A stretch of 64,000 nucleotides of DNA from Dimorphilus gyrociliatus (lineage: Eukaryota > Animalia > Annelida). Below the pieces are notes generated by a model. The model saw only the letters and a program-made list of their open reading frames with translations, searched no databases and was not told where the DNA came from. The stretch is from the NCBI GenBank assembly GCA_904063045.1, contig CAJFCJ010000007.1, positions 1,394,510 through 1,458,509 on the forward strand, in the 5' to 3' direction. The translations under genes and the position numbers were made by a program. Below, one piece after another: positions 38,138 through 51,290 of this stretch (positions within the stretch are counted from its first letter, which is position 1; every line of letters begins with the position of its first letter).

Positions 38138-39052
38138 TCTTTATATATTCATTGTTTTATGACGCCGATATTGGAAAAAGCTTTATCAACTTTATTAATA
38201 TTCGATTCAATCGCTGCACTTATCTTTTGATGTATTTATTTATTTTATTCGAATGCTTATGATATATATTTTTTTTTTTTGCATTTTAATCAGTTTATAT
38301 AAAGAAAGAAACTTTTCTAGTTGGATAATAATTATCTATTTTTCTTTAACATATTTTAAAATAATCAAATTTCTATAGCTATAGATATATACCTTAGTTC
38401 CCTTATCTTTTTGCATAAACTTTTTCTTCTTTTATCGGTCTTTTCTGTTTTTTCTTCCCTGAGTCGTTTTCTTATATAGAAAATTTTAAAGATACGGTTG
38501 TATTTCAATATTATGGGCAATTAGTAACCATTATCCATTATCAAATTTCGTGCCGTTACGCTGTACACTCCTGTATTAAGCTATCGATTCTTTTTTATCG
38601 GCTTCTTATCGTTGCTCCAAACGTTTATAAAAACGTATGAAAAAAAGCGGTGGTAATCGTCTTAGACAACCCTCTAAGCTTTCAGAAGTAAAACGTATAA
38701 AGCTGAAGAAAAATAAAAAAAATCGACCCATTCAATACGCCACTTGCTCCAACAATCAACAGTGTAATCTAAAAATCCAATATACTTACAAAACCGTTTA
38801 TTTGACAAAACTTCAATTAGATAAGTTAACTAAACTAGCTTTAAACTGAGTTTCTACAACTATACCTCTCCTCCAGGGTTAGTTCAACTTGATTGACTGA
38901 TGTGTTTTAGTTTAATCAATGGTATTTGTTCAATTTCTGAAAAAAATCCATTTGACCTTTGCACGAAATTGTATACGAGATTTCGGCCGGACCAACTTAA
39001 AAACATACTATAAAACTGCAAGGCCTTTATTCCGTTGTTCTTTTTCACCTAT

Positions 39053-39110
39053 TTATCTCTCTCCCTCTCTCTCTCACTCTCTCTCTCTCTTTCTCTCTCT
39101 TTCTCTTTCT
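39053..39110. repeat. (CT)n microsatellite / polypyrimidine tract
   Basis: tctctctccctctctctctcactctctctctctctttctctctct read directly. Confidence 0.85.
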
Positions 39111-39386
39111 TTTACTGTATTTTTCATCTGTATTATTTAACTAGGAAATAAATCTATTAAATGTTTCAATCTTGTTGCTTTCCTAAATCACGTAAACCGG
39201 TAAAAGCTTATATTTATTTTAAATAATGATAAATCTAATTGTACTGTATGCATCCATTTCAGGATATAGTTTCGCCATTTTTTTCAATGTATTAATATAC
39301 GCATATTAAATTAATAATGATTACTTTAATATTTATTATAGTGGAAAGTATCGAATGAAAGACTCAAGACTAAGAAATATCCAAGC

Positions 39387-40345
39387 ATGAGCAACAGAAT
39401 TGGGCAACGTAGCGACCTATCATCGTCAAAGAAAATAGAACCGTTGTTTTTAGAATACTCTTTACTTGCTGAATTGTAAATATTTTTTCAAGTAATTATT
39501 AAACAATTAATTTTCCCTTTACTCCAATAAACAGCAATCTACTGCAACGGCAAAAACTACCTGGAATATATGTAATACCTGCGGCAAATTCACCTTCAAG
39601 TAAGTAAACAAGATCTAAAATGTAGCAGGCAATTAACCTTATTAATTACAGTCTGGTTTGGTGTAATATTCTTAAGACAGGGTATGTACGAGGGATCTTG
39701 CTTTAAATTTACCATTCATATACCCCCGAATTATCCGGATTCCGATTGCCCTGTAAGTTTTTTTTATATTCTTTCTGTTTATTTACGTTTAATAACCTAA
39801 AACTGGTTCTAGAAAATAAACTTCGATACTCGGGTATTTCATCCTTGCGTGGATCAACGAAGCGGTGAAGTGGATGTAAAACGAGCATTTCGGCATTGGA
39901 GGTTAGTAAACAGTACTATGTTATTCTTTCTTGTCACCATCTGGTATACGTTTAAACGTTTACAAAATGGCGTAATAAATTAGATGTTTGACAGCGTTTA
40001 CTATTCTTGAAAAGAATAAGAGAAAATATTTTTCTAAAGTGTCATTCGATTGTTTTATTCTCTCTTTTATTTTCTAGAAAGAATAGAAACCACATAGGAG
40101 AAGTATTAATGTACGTAAGGAGCATCTTTTATCAAATTGATTCAACTAATCCCAAGAATGAAGAGGCAGCGGAATTGTATGATAAGAATATTGAAGAATT
40201 TAAGAAAAGAGTTACGGAGTGTGTCCAACAGTCTCGTTCCTGTATTTATGATCCACCTAGCAGTGAAGATCCTCACGCTATTCGTTTTAGTGAATGGGAT
40301 AACGAGAAACACGCGGAAGCAAGAAAAAAACTTTTCAATCATTAG
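39387..40345 (+). CDS. AKTIP: AKT-interacting protein / FTS / crossbronx (inactive E2-like), multi-exon; an extra 5' exon (e.g. 38638-38690) is possible
   Basis: [55 protein letters not shown] and NEEAAELY. The frame is open upstream of ATG 39387 as far as an acceptor at 39341. Confidence 0.9.
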
Positions 40346-41430
40346 CGCTAGATGGCAGTTGAATAAAAAAAGACTTTTCTTTTTAAGAAATGAACAGATT
40401 GTAGTTATCAAAGGTATAAATGTATAAATAAAAAACCGTTCGTGAGCGGCTATCTTTCTAATCGCGGTTTAGCCGTTACAATTATACCATCGGCAAACAA
40501 GTGCACGCGCACGTTTGCAGGAGCGTTTTAAACTTTGTTTACCACTAGCACTGCAAAACCTGTTTGGGATTATCGCTAACGGATTATTAAGATAAGCTGC
40601 CGTCTTGCTCAAGGAGTAAAGGCCTTCCTCGTATAGATAATGAATTATACTAGTAGATTGTAACCGAACGGCACGCGAAATTGCATAGAATGAAGTATGT
40701 GAGTCAGTTTGCCAATGCCTTGTTTTACAAACAAACGTCTGTTGTCTGTCTGTACTATATCTAATTAACTCATTCATTTTAACTTCTCCACATATCATCG
40801 GCTACCTCTCGTAGGCCGCTAGATACGTTTGTCATTTCCGTCACGTTTCACCGAACGAGACCCTCGGCGATTGTTTACGTACAAAAAAGAAAACGTCCAT
40901 TAGCACATTGAGCGGATGTCGGGTGAGAGTTTGCCGCCGGAATCTGGCGTGCAGATGACGAAAGGGTGGGGAATATTTTCGTATATAATGAATATTAATG
41001 GACTAAATGGAGTAGATTTTATGAAGTTTATAAAAAGTTATCCACCTCTTATCCGAGTTAATTCGAATTAGGACCGGGGGAACGTTTTTAAAGATGGTTT
41101 GTCTTACGTCAGCGGATAAGATAAAAGGGGTAGATAAGTAGGGGAAGTGTAGAATTTGTAGATTGAGATGGAAGACAAGGCTGATCGTTGTTCGACTGTT
41201 TATATATTAATAGAGCTGCTTATCGGTTACGGGGCTAGACCCAAAAGATGCGAACTAGCTGAGTTTAACCAGGTGCAATTGATGCGCTAATTAGAATTCT
41301 TTGCGGGCCTTCCGCCCTTATCAATCGAAGTCGGCCTATTCGGCCTATTCATTTACCCTGGACTTTTCCCCCTAATTACGGCCGTATCGGATGATGTAAC
41401 CAGTGTATTATAAACATATGCGAAAATGAT

Positions 41431-43803
41431 TTATATACGAGTTTCATGAGTGGAAATTTTCGATTCATCGTAAATATACTGCCTGGTTCGGTGCGAGATG
41501 GGAAATCTATCAGTTTGTTCGTACGTCTCACAGATCCTACCCTTGTTTACTAGGCCAACGAAAACCCTTTGAGCGCAGACTACCGACAAACAGAGGAAGA
41601 CACCTTGCGATCCGTTCGTTAATACGAATGTGTAAGCGAGGATTTGTCGATTGGAGAACGCCCAACAGAAGGCCGATATCCAACAGCTGGCCAAAAGGAA
41701 GAGGAAGAGGGCGTAGATGGTCAATGTTCGCCGACCCCTTTCCACGGGCCTCGAGCAGATTATACAGACAGCTCTCAGTAGTAAGAAGAGGTCGATTAAG
41801 AGGCAGTAAGAGGAGGGTAGAATGAACCAGATTAATAGACCCTTTCGAGAAGTGATCCAACATTCATTGAGCGCGTAATTCGGTCGGTAGTAATCGTGGT
41901 TTGTACTAATGTCCAGTAATAGGGCGGTAACTGTTATAAATAGCGGAAGTATCCAACAATACAGCGAATATAGCACAAAGCGTCTACCCTCCTCATCATT
42001 ACAGGAACGGCTCTTTAGCAGACGTATCGAATCAACGAATAGGCAATTTGTCCAAAAGAATACGACCAAAAAAGAATAATGCAAAACGGTAGCTATAGTT
42101 AGACAAACATAGCGTACCTCGGTCCTCTTGGTTCCTACCAATAAAAGGAACTGCGCGACAAATAATACTGAGCATAAACTTATTAAACATTTCCCCTCTA
42201 AATCTCGGAGTTTGCTCAAAATGAAATAGACTCCAAGTAAAATAGTTAAACCGATAATTGACATTGATGTAGCAACTAGGCTTACAACATAGAGATTACG
42301 GTCGAAATCAAAGGTATAAGCGTGGACGGGGGTAACTGAGTGCCCTTTTCCTATCTTCTGTTTACTGCAGATATAATATCGACCAGTGCCCTCCTCTAGC
42401 ATAACTCTATATCCCATGACAATAGAATCTCCTTTAGAGTCATTCTTTACCAAAACTAGACGCTTATCTGGAGGACAGAGTGATTCCTTCTCAACCGGAA
42501 CTTCCCTTCGGGCGGGCTTTGGTGTTTTCTTCATCATTTCGAGAGTTGTCCATTTGTCTGTTGAAGTACTACTAGTCGGTCTAATAGTTGTCGATTTAGA
42601 AGTAGAGGAAAAGGATTTTTTAGTAGATCTAGTAGAGATCTCTATTTGGGGCGTCTCAGAACATTTAACTTTTTCCCAATCACCTTCGATGGTCGTATAA
42701 CGATTTTCTGGACAGACCGAATGGCAAGATCGGTCAAACGGATCATAAACCGTATTCTTTGTACACTTGGTTAACTTGCCAAACTTCTCTACCGTCGGTT
42801 TACCATTGCTATTGAAGTCTTCAAAATACTCTATAGAACCCATAGACTGGAGCCAATTAACACGAAATCTATAATTAAACTTTCCTGACTTTTTTGTGTA
42901 ATCTGGTATTCCCCTTGGATCTCTACATATTACATAAGTTAAATTCAAATTATGACACCGAGCACAATATTCATTTCTAAAAGCGGTAAAATATCCTTCA
43001 TTATCCACGTAAACGTTTCTTGATGGGGCCGTTACGCACAATTTATTATTCTTTGAATTTTCTGAGGACGAACATCCGGCGTTTGAATGGGCCCTTTTAC
43101 AATATCGGACCCCCGACTTATCGAGATCGTCGTCGGGCGGCTGGAAACGTAATTTACATCTGCTCTTTGAAATCGACGCCGTTAAAAGGGAATTATATAA
43201 ATCACGACTGAAACGAGTTCCGTTTGAGATTCTACTGGTTAACATGCAGTCATGAACAACATTCCATGATTTTAACCAAGTTGCCGAGTTACAGACTGCA
43301 CAATAAATGTTCCGAAAGACCACTGTTATAGGCCTTTTCTTTTTTACGGTAATACGACCACTAACCGGTAGAAAGTAACGCGTTCCCCAACTCTTATCAT
43401 CCGATGGCATTGATTCAGCTTCACATTTTGACCTATAAATGTCCATTTCTGAGTTAGAATGGTTTGTAAAATGAGGTGGGCAGGCGTCTATCATATATAA
43501 ATGATTATAGGACTCTGGAAGAACTAATCTCTCGTCGTTAATACAAGAAGCATTTTTCAGCAAAAGAGTCTCCTTCTTCGTCTTGTGACAGCAGTCGTTG
43601 TAAAACTTGCATAACTTATCACATCTACAATTTTTCTCTACAAAGTGATGTCTTTCATACGAGCCATCCACACAAGCCTCGACGGGACATTTGCGATCTA
43701 CGGCCATCAAAACGACACTCCAAAGTAAAGTGGTAAGAAACAACACGAGCGATCGCATGACTCCGTTAAAAATGAGAGTTTTAGAAAGTAAATGCCAAAC
43801 CAT
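41431..43803 (-). CDS. Family-B (Methuselah/adhesion-like) GPCR with somatomedin-B-like domain and Cys-rich ectodomain, intronless
   Basis: Signal peptide, SMB-like CRCDKLCKFYNDCC, Thr/Ser-rich stalk, then 7TM with GKCLISLC, LHYSFL..FFW, YSLYCWILP, YRPNY....CWI and SQGVF. First ATG at 43803; the track start is a GTG. Confidence 0.85.
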   Translation of the reverse strand: MVWHLLSKTLIFNGVMRSLVLFLTTLLWSVVLMAVDRKCPVEACVDGSYERHHFVEKNCRCDKLCKFYNDCCHKTKKETLLLKNASCINDERLVLPESYNHLYMIDACPPHFTNHSNSEMDIYRSKCEAESMPSDDKSWGTRYFLPVSGRITVKKKRPITVVFRNIYCAVCNSATWLKSWNVVHDCMLTSRISNGTRFSRDLYNSLLTASISKSRCKLRFQPPDDDLDKSGVRYCKRAHSNAGCSSSENSKNNKLCVTAPSRNVYVDNEGYFTAFRNEYCARCHNLNLTYVICRDPRGIPDYTKKSGKFNYRFRVNWLQSMGSIEYFEDFNSNGKPTVEKFGKLTKCTKNTVYDPFDRSCHSVCPENRYTTIEGDWEKVKCSETPQIEISTRSTKKSFSSTSKSTTIRPTSSTSTDKWTTLEMMKKTPKPARREVPVEKESLCPPDKRLVLVKNDSKGDSIVMGYRVMLEEGTGRYYICSKQKIGKGHSVTPVHAYTFDFDRNLYVVSLVATSMSIIGLTILLGVYFILSKLRDLEGKCLISLCSVLFVAQFLLLVGTKRTEVRYVCLTIATVLHYSFLVVFFWTNCLFVDSIRLLKSRSCNDEEGRRFVLYSLYCWILPLFITVTALLLDISTNHDYYRPNYALNECWITSRKGLLIWFILPSSYCLLIDLFLLLRAVCIICSRPVERGRRTLTIYALFLFLLASCWISAFCWAFSNRQILAYTFVLTNGSQGVFLCLSVVCAQRVFVGLVNKGRICETYEQTDRFPISHRTRQYIYDESKISTHETRI

Positions 43804-44711
43804 TCGCAGCGCCCCCACTTAGTCTCAGAATCTAAGTATCTTAGAGATCGGTCCCAATTATTCAAAAAGTAAAATTCATAGTAGCAAATCAACCAGAAGA
43901 GCCAAAGCAGTTTCCAGTTAAAATTATTATGTCTTAAAACTATCTTAAAGAAAATACTCGATGAACTTAAAGGTGCTAATTAAAATTACGATCGAGTTCT
44001 CGACCTATATCCGTAGCGTTCATTTAGAAGAAATTTCAGCATTCTAAGCAAAAATAAACACGCCAAACAAACTTTGCCCAAACAAGCTGCAAGTGCGCCT
44101 GTAAAAGTTCAAAGTTGAAATCACTATCGGCCGGAAATCCGACTGTTAACAAACTTACAGAAAGCGTCAAAACTTTCGAAACTCTTCATTTATTAATTCG
44201 TTTCGGAACTAGAATGTTAAAAGTACAAAAAGCGAAAATGAAAGAGATCGGAGCGCTTTGCAAAAAAAAAAAAAAAGGTTTTGCCTCCAGCACTACTGCA
44301 ACATACGAACGTTATCAGTCAGCGCGATTCGCCAATAAAACCTAGCGCAATTTTGTTCCCTTTTTTATCTATGGTAAAAGGAAATTTCTACTTTAGGTTA
44401 ATAAGGTGGCAATAAGGAAAATGCGCAATGAGTTGAGAGATCATTCTAAATTGTATTCTCTTTATTATAAACTCAACATACGCTGGGATTCTAGTTTCCA
44501 ATAAACTGTTAAACGGTAACGATGAACACGTTGTTCGCAGGTGCCCATATATTTTTTCCCTCTACTGCAATAAATTCAGACCCAAATTCTTAGTTTTCTA
44601 CATGTAATATCCTGGGATTTTTAGAAAGGGTCGTTCAATTACTCTAATAAATAGCATATGATTTGTCAAATTCATTCTATATATCTAATTTATTGTAATT
44701 CTGCAGTTGAT

Positions 44712-47051
44712 TCAGTTAGCGCCATCTGTTGTAAAAGTTTCGTACGTCCCATCTATCAACACTTCTTCTTCTATCTGGCCTTCAACATTTTGTACATGTT
44801 GCTTTACGTGCTCATCAACCGCATACGCATCAGTGAACATTTCCCTGCAAACTCCGCACATATACGACACATCATCGGTAGCTTCGCGCTGTTGAACTTG
44901 TTGTTGAATTTGGGGGGGAGTTGGTGGTTGTGCTGGCTGTTTCATGGAATATATCATTTTCTGAATTTCAGCTTGTTTACAATGGTGCTTTTTGAGGGTA
45001 GCTTGAACTGTGAAAGCCTTAGAAAATAAGAAGTTTTTAATCAGAAACTTTGTTTACTTAACAGTACTGCTCTCACCTTTCCGCAAAACTCGCAGTTGAA
45101 TTTGCTTTTCTGCGTATGTATTATCATGTGAGACTCCAACCGATTCTTTACTTTAAACGATTTATAGCACATGTTACATTTAAAGGGTCTTTCTCTGGAA
45201 TGAGATATCATGTGCTTTCGCAGCTGAAAGCATGTAAATTTAGGTAATACTAAGGAACCCATTTATAATCGTATAATTACTTCAGTTATCCATGCAAATC
45301 CTCTATTACATAATGAACACACGTACTCTTTATTCCCAGTGTGACTATTCTCATGCTGTTTTAAATTAGCTAATTTATTAAACTTTCTTTTACAGAAACG
45401 GCACTCAAACTTCATCTTCTCGACTTTAGCCTCTTCGGATAGGTGTGTTAGTTTGTGATCTCTCATTTTGCTGTGTTCAAAGAATCCTTTTTGACAAACA
45501 TCACAAACGTATCTTACTTCTTTCTTATGTACCCGTTTTATATGAACATTTAATAAACGTAATTCTTTAAATTCCTTCTCGCATTCATTACATTTATGTC
45601 CTTCAACCTTAACACAGAGCTTTTCAAATTGATGATAATCAGCATTTGGATGCATTTTTTTAAGATGATTGGCTAGTTTATCTACATCTCTGAAAGGAGT
45701 TTGGCAGAGAGGACATAAATCTGGCGCATCGTGATCTTCTTTAATGTGCTTTATTATATCGTTGTAAAGTGAGCTACCGAAATTGCACATCTGGCAATTA
45801 TAAGCAAATCTACAACGCTCGGGACTCTCATTAGCGTGCCGAGAAGCCATATGAGTTTTTAAGTATTCTGAAGTCAGAAAATCCTTATCACAATTCTCAC
45901 ATATAAATTCTGATATTTCTACGTTATTTCGACGAATTTTGACCTGTTTATGTAACAGTTGAAAAAAAACAGTTAGTTAGAATAACTTAATGAAGTGTTA
46001 AGCGTAAAAAACCTGTTGATTCGGATGGCTTGAAGTGGCATGTTTTTTACAAAAAGCTATTGAACTGAAACTAAATTCGCAAAGTGAACATTCACTAACA
46101 CCATGAGAATGTCGCTCTTGGTAGTGTTGCTGAATTTCTGAGAGAACTGTATGAAGACCACATAAATCACAAAAAGCGTCAACATCTTCTGAAGAAGCCT
46201 CCTCCATTTCTTTACGAACAATAACGGATGACAAAAGCTCCATACCATTTGCATATTCGGGAACATTAACGAGTTTAGCATTGCTTTGGGTATTTTCCTT
46301 TTTCTAAATAGATAAAGTAATATATCAATTACATGAGAAATTTGTCCAATTTATCACTAAATATATTTTAAATAAGGTATTTTTGTGGCTTTTCTATTAA
46401 CTTACTGGTGGAACACTCAGCAAAACACCTTTCGAAGACAGTATTCGTTTTGACCAGTCATTCAAACTACCATCAAAGTTAATGTGAGTTCTTCTGTGTT
46501 TTCGTTTATCGTAATAGCTTTCGCACGTTCTAAAAAAATATAAAATTATCAGGTTTATATATAAAGTGTGTAAAACGATACCTTTCACATATTTCACACA
46601 TGTCCGAACAAAAACGACTAGCATTAGGAATCACGTCGTGATGCTCATTCCTATAATGTTCCTCTAGATATGTTGAATTTCCTCTAAAAGAGCAAACAGC
46701 ACAATAGGCCAAAATTTCATCTTCATCACTAAAACAATCTGTTTTTAGAGATATATCGCTCTCAACAATTTTAACACAATTGCTTTCTTCCAATAAATTC
46801 GATTGTCCAGCTTCGCTCGAAGCTGTCAGATCGACAATTGAAGCCCAGAGTTTGTTTAAGGAGTCCACACTTCCTTCGATCTTGTACCACATATCTTCTT
46901 CCAATATTTTAAGACTGGCATCAGATACCGTTTGTACAAGTTTGGAAGCATCTTTAACGGATGCTTTTCGAATGCTGATTGTCACGGAGTTCTGGACAAC
47001 AGCACAATTATATAATTTAAAAATTTGAAAATTACAACATACTTCGGTCAT
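44712..47051 (-). CDS. Multi-C2H2 zinc finger protein, multi-exon
   Basis: Many CxxC...HxxxH units across ORFs 45041-45850, 45998-46243, 46530-47051 and 44712-44957, with linker-like HSRERPFKC and HTGNKEYVC. Confidence 0.8.
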
Positions 47052-47292
47052 TTTGCAGATAAAATTAGAATAGACAATAAGAACGTGCTCTAGTTAAACA
47101 TGGCCGTCACGCTGTAGTACCCACGTTTGTAAAAATAACCATATCACGTCAGAACAAATCTTTCATAAGTAAGATACCATAGTATTAGATTTTAAATTTA
47201 TATTTGGACAGAAACCTCTTAAAGATGTCTTTAAATTTTATTTCTGTGAAGAGAAAAGCTGAATCAATTCCTACGTTACCAACAACAGGCGT

Positions 47293-47302
47293 GTCACGTG
47301 AC
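47293..47302. promoter_or_regulatory. Palindromic E-box GTCACGTGAC (USF/TFE-type) in the ZNF/ZC3H3 divergent promoter
   Basis: Perfect 10-bp palindrome inside the 318-nt head-to-head intergenic region. Function not demonstrated. Confidence 0.4.
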
Positions 47303-47369
47303 CACCTGGTATCGAAATCTGTTCTGCTTTCAACCGAAAAGCAGTCTGCTATTACGGAAGCAATGTAAA

Positions 47370-49204
47370 ATGTCTGACGAACATATAGAAAAAGAAAAAG
47401 ATGACTTACTGCGTGAAATTAATTTCCTCTCAGGTAGTTTCCTATTAGGATTAAATAATACATAAATTAGAAATACTACAGATCTCATAGAAAAGCATTC
47501 CAAAAATCAATCAAAAGAAATTGAACCAGTGTTTCGAAATCAAACGGTGTCTGTGTCATCTGGTCAGGATAAGGGAGACCTAACTTCTGGCCAAATTCAA
47601 CTAAATAAAGAATATTTAGTCCCTAGTACTTCAGGAAGTCATGACAAAACTGTAACGAATCAAATGTATAACAATGTTTATAAATCTCGATATAAATTAG
47701 TCAAATTGCCGTTTAAAAAACCTGCGAAGCTTCCGATCTACAAATCTCCCAATAATAGGTTTGCGTCGTATAATATAGATAATCGCCGCAATGAAGGTTT
47801 GTTCGAATTCAAAACATTTATTTAGTAAGTTAACGTGTCTTCTATTGCGAATAGATCCATGCCTGATAAATACGGTACTACAAAGAAAAGTTAATAACAT
47901 ATCCAGAAATAAATATAAATTTATAAACGGTAACTACACCAAGAAAACACCAGTGAGACCCCCATCCAGAAAACAACTAAAAGTAGATAGAAGAAAGTTC
48001 AAGTCAAAAAGCCCAATTCTCAATATAGATGGTGTTCATTATAAATCTAACAACAATAGAAAATTGATAAAAATTCAAAATGATAAAAAAAGTAATTATC
48101 TTTTTTTTAAAATCATATATTATATTTAATAACAGGCAATATACATACAGTATATATATATGAATAATATTTATTTTCCCACTAATTAGGTTTCACTCCG
48201 ACTCTGAGAAGTACAAAATTTGTTCATGCTCAGTAAGATTAGTTCATATTAATTAATATAATATTGATATTAATAATATGTATTTTTTATTAATATTATT
48301 TTTAGAAAAGTCCTAAAGCGTAGTATAGCGACAGTATCCAAATTTAAGATTCGTCGTCATGTAAACAAATCACCAACGAAAAAATTGTGTATTTTCTATA
48401 CTCGTTTTGGAAAATGCTCTAGAAAGGAACGATGTCCATATGTTCATGATAGCACAAAAGTGGCTGTTTGTACTCGGTATCTACTAAATTCTTATCTTAG
48501 TTTGATAATGCTTCATATTGGTCTTGCTTCAAATCAGCTATGCTCAGGGAAAATGCGTCGAAGATAACTGTCCATTCCTACACCAGCTATCAACAAATCG
48601 AATGCCAGTGTGCCATTACTTTCTGAAAGGAGTCTGCAACAAGGAAAATTGCCCATACCTGCATATAAATTTAGGAAAAAATGCCGAAGTCTGCCAGGAC
48701 TTCGTCAATGGATACTGCTCAAATGGCGCCCACGTTAATTTCAACAAGAATACTATCTTGTTTTTTTTTCTTTTTTAAATAGTTATTTATAGAACTATAA
48801 TTTCCTAAACAGTGCAAGAAACTTCACACAAACATCTGTCTGAAAGGTAAAAAATGTAACAACAACCAATGTAAACTGAAACATAAAGTAGCTAGACCAA
48901 GAAAAATATCCATTTCAACAGAGGATATTAAGAAAAAGTATATTTTTAGAAAAAGAATTAAACTAAAAAGTCACCTAATTTACTATTAACAGAGAATTAG
49001 ACCGGACGACAGTAGATAAAACGCCAACAGGTAGTCTGTCATTTATATCTTTAGGATCCCACGACGATTTGGAAATCAGCCATTCGTGCGATCTTTCTCC
49101 CGAAACATTCAGTTAGTACTTGACATTATTGTTTTTTTATTGTAATAAAAATGTTTCTATTTCCAGACGATATTCATCCAAAATTAAACTTTGACAGCGA
49201 TTAA
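47370..49204 (+). CDS. ZC3H3: CCCH zinc finger protein ZC3H3-like, multi-exon
   Basis: Start MSDEHIEKEKDDLLREINFLS. Tandem CCCH array: CIFYTRFGKC...CPYVHD.TKVAVCTR, CPFLH...RMPVCHYFLKGVC...CPYLH and VCQDFVNGYC...C...H. Confidence 0.82.
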
Positions 49205-49769
49205 ATTCACCTGTTTTTATTTTTTAATGCAGTTTTAGCCTACAGGTGCTATTGTTCATCGAAATTAATCGAACGTTCAGACAAAATCGGAAATTATTAG
49301 TGAGCATAATAACCCAACTGGATCCTCTGTCTTGTCCGGTGTCGTTTAAACTTGTTGGTATTGATATTGTTGATATTTTCTCAGAATAAACTGAAAGATT
49401 AAAAAAATAATTTGAGTGCAATAGATTTTCTATAAGAAATTGTGCAACCCATTTGACTCTCTTTAAGGCCGAAGTACTGCTCCTCCTACAATAAAAGTAT
49501 AACAGACACTTTTTTAGCTTAAAACAAAATTTTTCGTTAAAATAAGCCGGTAATTACCATAATATATTAATTTTCAATCTATTAATAGGTATAAGAAAAG
49601 TTTTAACACCCGTTCCATGGCCTATATGAGGTCTTTGAATAGAGTAGAAATGCACCGGCAGTTTTGAGTGACAGATTCAATTCTAAAAATAACTACCTCA
49701 TTTGCATGCCCGAATTTTCCATAGATTCGCCAAACGTAATGTCTAAAAATAGCTATGATCTTAACGCTG

Positions 49770-49832
49770 ATTGGCTCGCTGTGCGCCAATATCCCAAAGT
49801 AGTAACACAATGGAGCTATCCCTATATAAAGC
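49770..49832 (+). promoter_or_regulatory. CCAAT boxes plus TATA box upstream of Maf gene
   Basis: gattgg (about 49769), ccaat (about 49787) and tatataaa (about 49823), roughly 100 nt upstream of ATG 49927. Confidence 0.45.
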
Positions 49833-49926
49833 GGAACTCCGGCAATTCTCCGTAAAATTTCAAGCGCGAAACATTTAAAACTCTACTTATCCGAGTTTGT
49901 TTATACACTTTAGTCGCTGTAACAAC

Positions 49927-50535
49927 ATGAATGAACTATCTGACGACATTTTGGCACTCATCAACGGTATATCTAGTAATGACGATGAACAAACATCACC
50001 TGTCCACTCTTCATCGTATCCCTCTTCTCCTGAGTCGGATTTTTACGCCTCATCTGCATCATCCTTAGACATTCATCAATGCCGACTACCCACTGATCAT
50101 AAAGAAATTAACGTTGAAGAACTTATCAAGATGGTTGGTGAACAACCCCTGCAGAACGAACCAACAAAATTGAATATGACCGACATGCAGCTAGTATCTC
50201 TATCCGTGAAAGAATTAAATCGACAACTTCAAGGTTTGTCAAAAGATGAAATAACCCGTATAAAACAAAGGCGAAGGACCTTGAAGAACCGAGGTTATGC
50301 CCATAATTGTCGAAACAAACGTCTACAACAAAAAGCCGACTTGGAAAAAGTGAACCAAAGTGTCCTATGTCAGTTCCAAGAATTGAAGAACCAATTAAAC
50401 GTCGCAAAGGAAGAAATTGACTCTCTTAGAAGAGAAAGAGATTATTTTAAGAAGGAAAGAGACTATTATAAAACAGAATTTGAAAGGCAACAATTGACCA
50501 GTATTCCAATGTCTCCGGAAAGCGTCATTTTCTAG
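49927..50535 (+). CDS. MAF: Maf-family bZIP transcription factor, intronless
   Basis: Extended homology region [18 protein letters not shown], basic region [18 protein letters not shown] and a leucine zipper. The acidic/Ser-rich N-terminus suggests a large-Maf-like protein. Confidence 0.9.
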   Translation: MNELSDDILALINGISSNDDEQTSPVHSSSYPSSPESDFYASSASSLDIHQCRLPTDHKEINVEELIKMVGEQPLQNEPTKLNMTDMQLVSLSVKELNRQLQGLSKDEITRIKQRRRTLKNRGYAHNCRNKRLQQKADLEKVNQSVLCQFQELKNQLNVAKEEIDSLRRERDYFKKERDYYKTEFERQQLTSIPMSPESVIF

Positions 50536-51139
50536 AAAAGAAGTTTTTCTACTTTCTATGCACAAACTGAACGAAAGTGTGTCGGAAGGTCGTGTGAGAT
50601 TATATAAATTCGATAAAATTTCTATGAATGCATAAACGATTGTAGTATCTATATTTTCCTGCTATTTATTCCTCAAGTAATACAAACACTGCCATTTAAC
50701 ATATAGTTCGATCTCCTATAAGATGTTCACCTCAATCTTTAATCAGCTGTATTTTAGCACATGTGGGAGTGAATAGCCAAGAAAGAATACGCCCATCATG
50801 TGCCCGATCGATCACCCTTTCTCCCCCTTCCTTTCTCGCTAAGACTTATCTAATTGTCTTATATAGCGTACTATAAAACAGAGCAAGTTCGTACAGAAAA
50901 ATTCAAAAATCTGTTAACAAAATATGCAGAAGCTAACTCCTTGCTCCTTGCCCTATTAAATCCTTTACAAATAAAATTTGTACATGCCATTTAAGTAGAG
51001 TATAAAAATTTATTAACTCACATCTGTATATCAACACATAAATAAAGATATATTTATCCACTCATACAAACTATGTATTCAAATACAATATATGTTTAAA
51101 TATAAAAGTCTAGCTTGTATATATAGTCTACCCTGTTAG

Positions 51140-51290
51140 CTGGATGTAGATATATATATATATATATATATACAATATATATATACTGTATATATAAATA
51201 TGTATATATATATATATATACAATTTATATTAGTACATATGTATATCTATAAATATATATATTCATATATATGTACCATATATATATTCA
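51140..51290. repeat. Degenerate (TA)n-rich low-complexity tract
   Basis: Interrupted TA dinucleotide runs between the Maf and WWOX 3' ends. Confidence 0.8.

Noticed and set aside
40469-40798. 109-aa minus-strand ORF
   Set aside because: No recognisable motifs or splice context; more likely 3' UTR or intergenic sequence.
41537-43211. Several overlapping or antisense ORFs within the SMB-GPCR (41537-41863, 41628-41825, 42386-42700, 43020-43211)
   Set aside because: Shadow ORFs of a GC-richer coding region, with no domain features.
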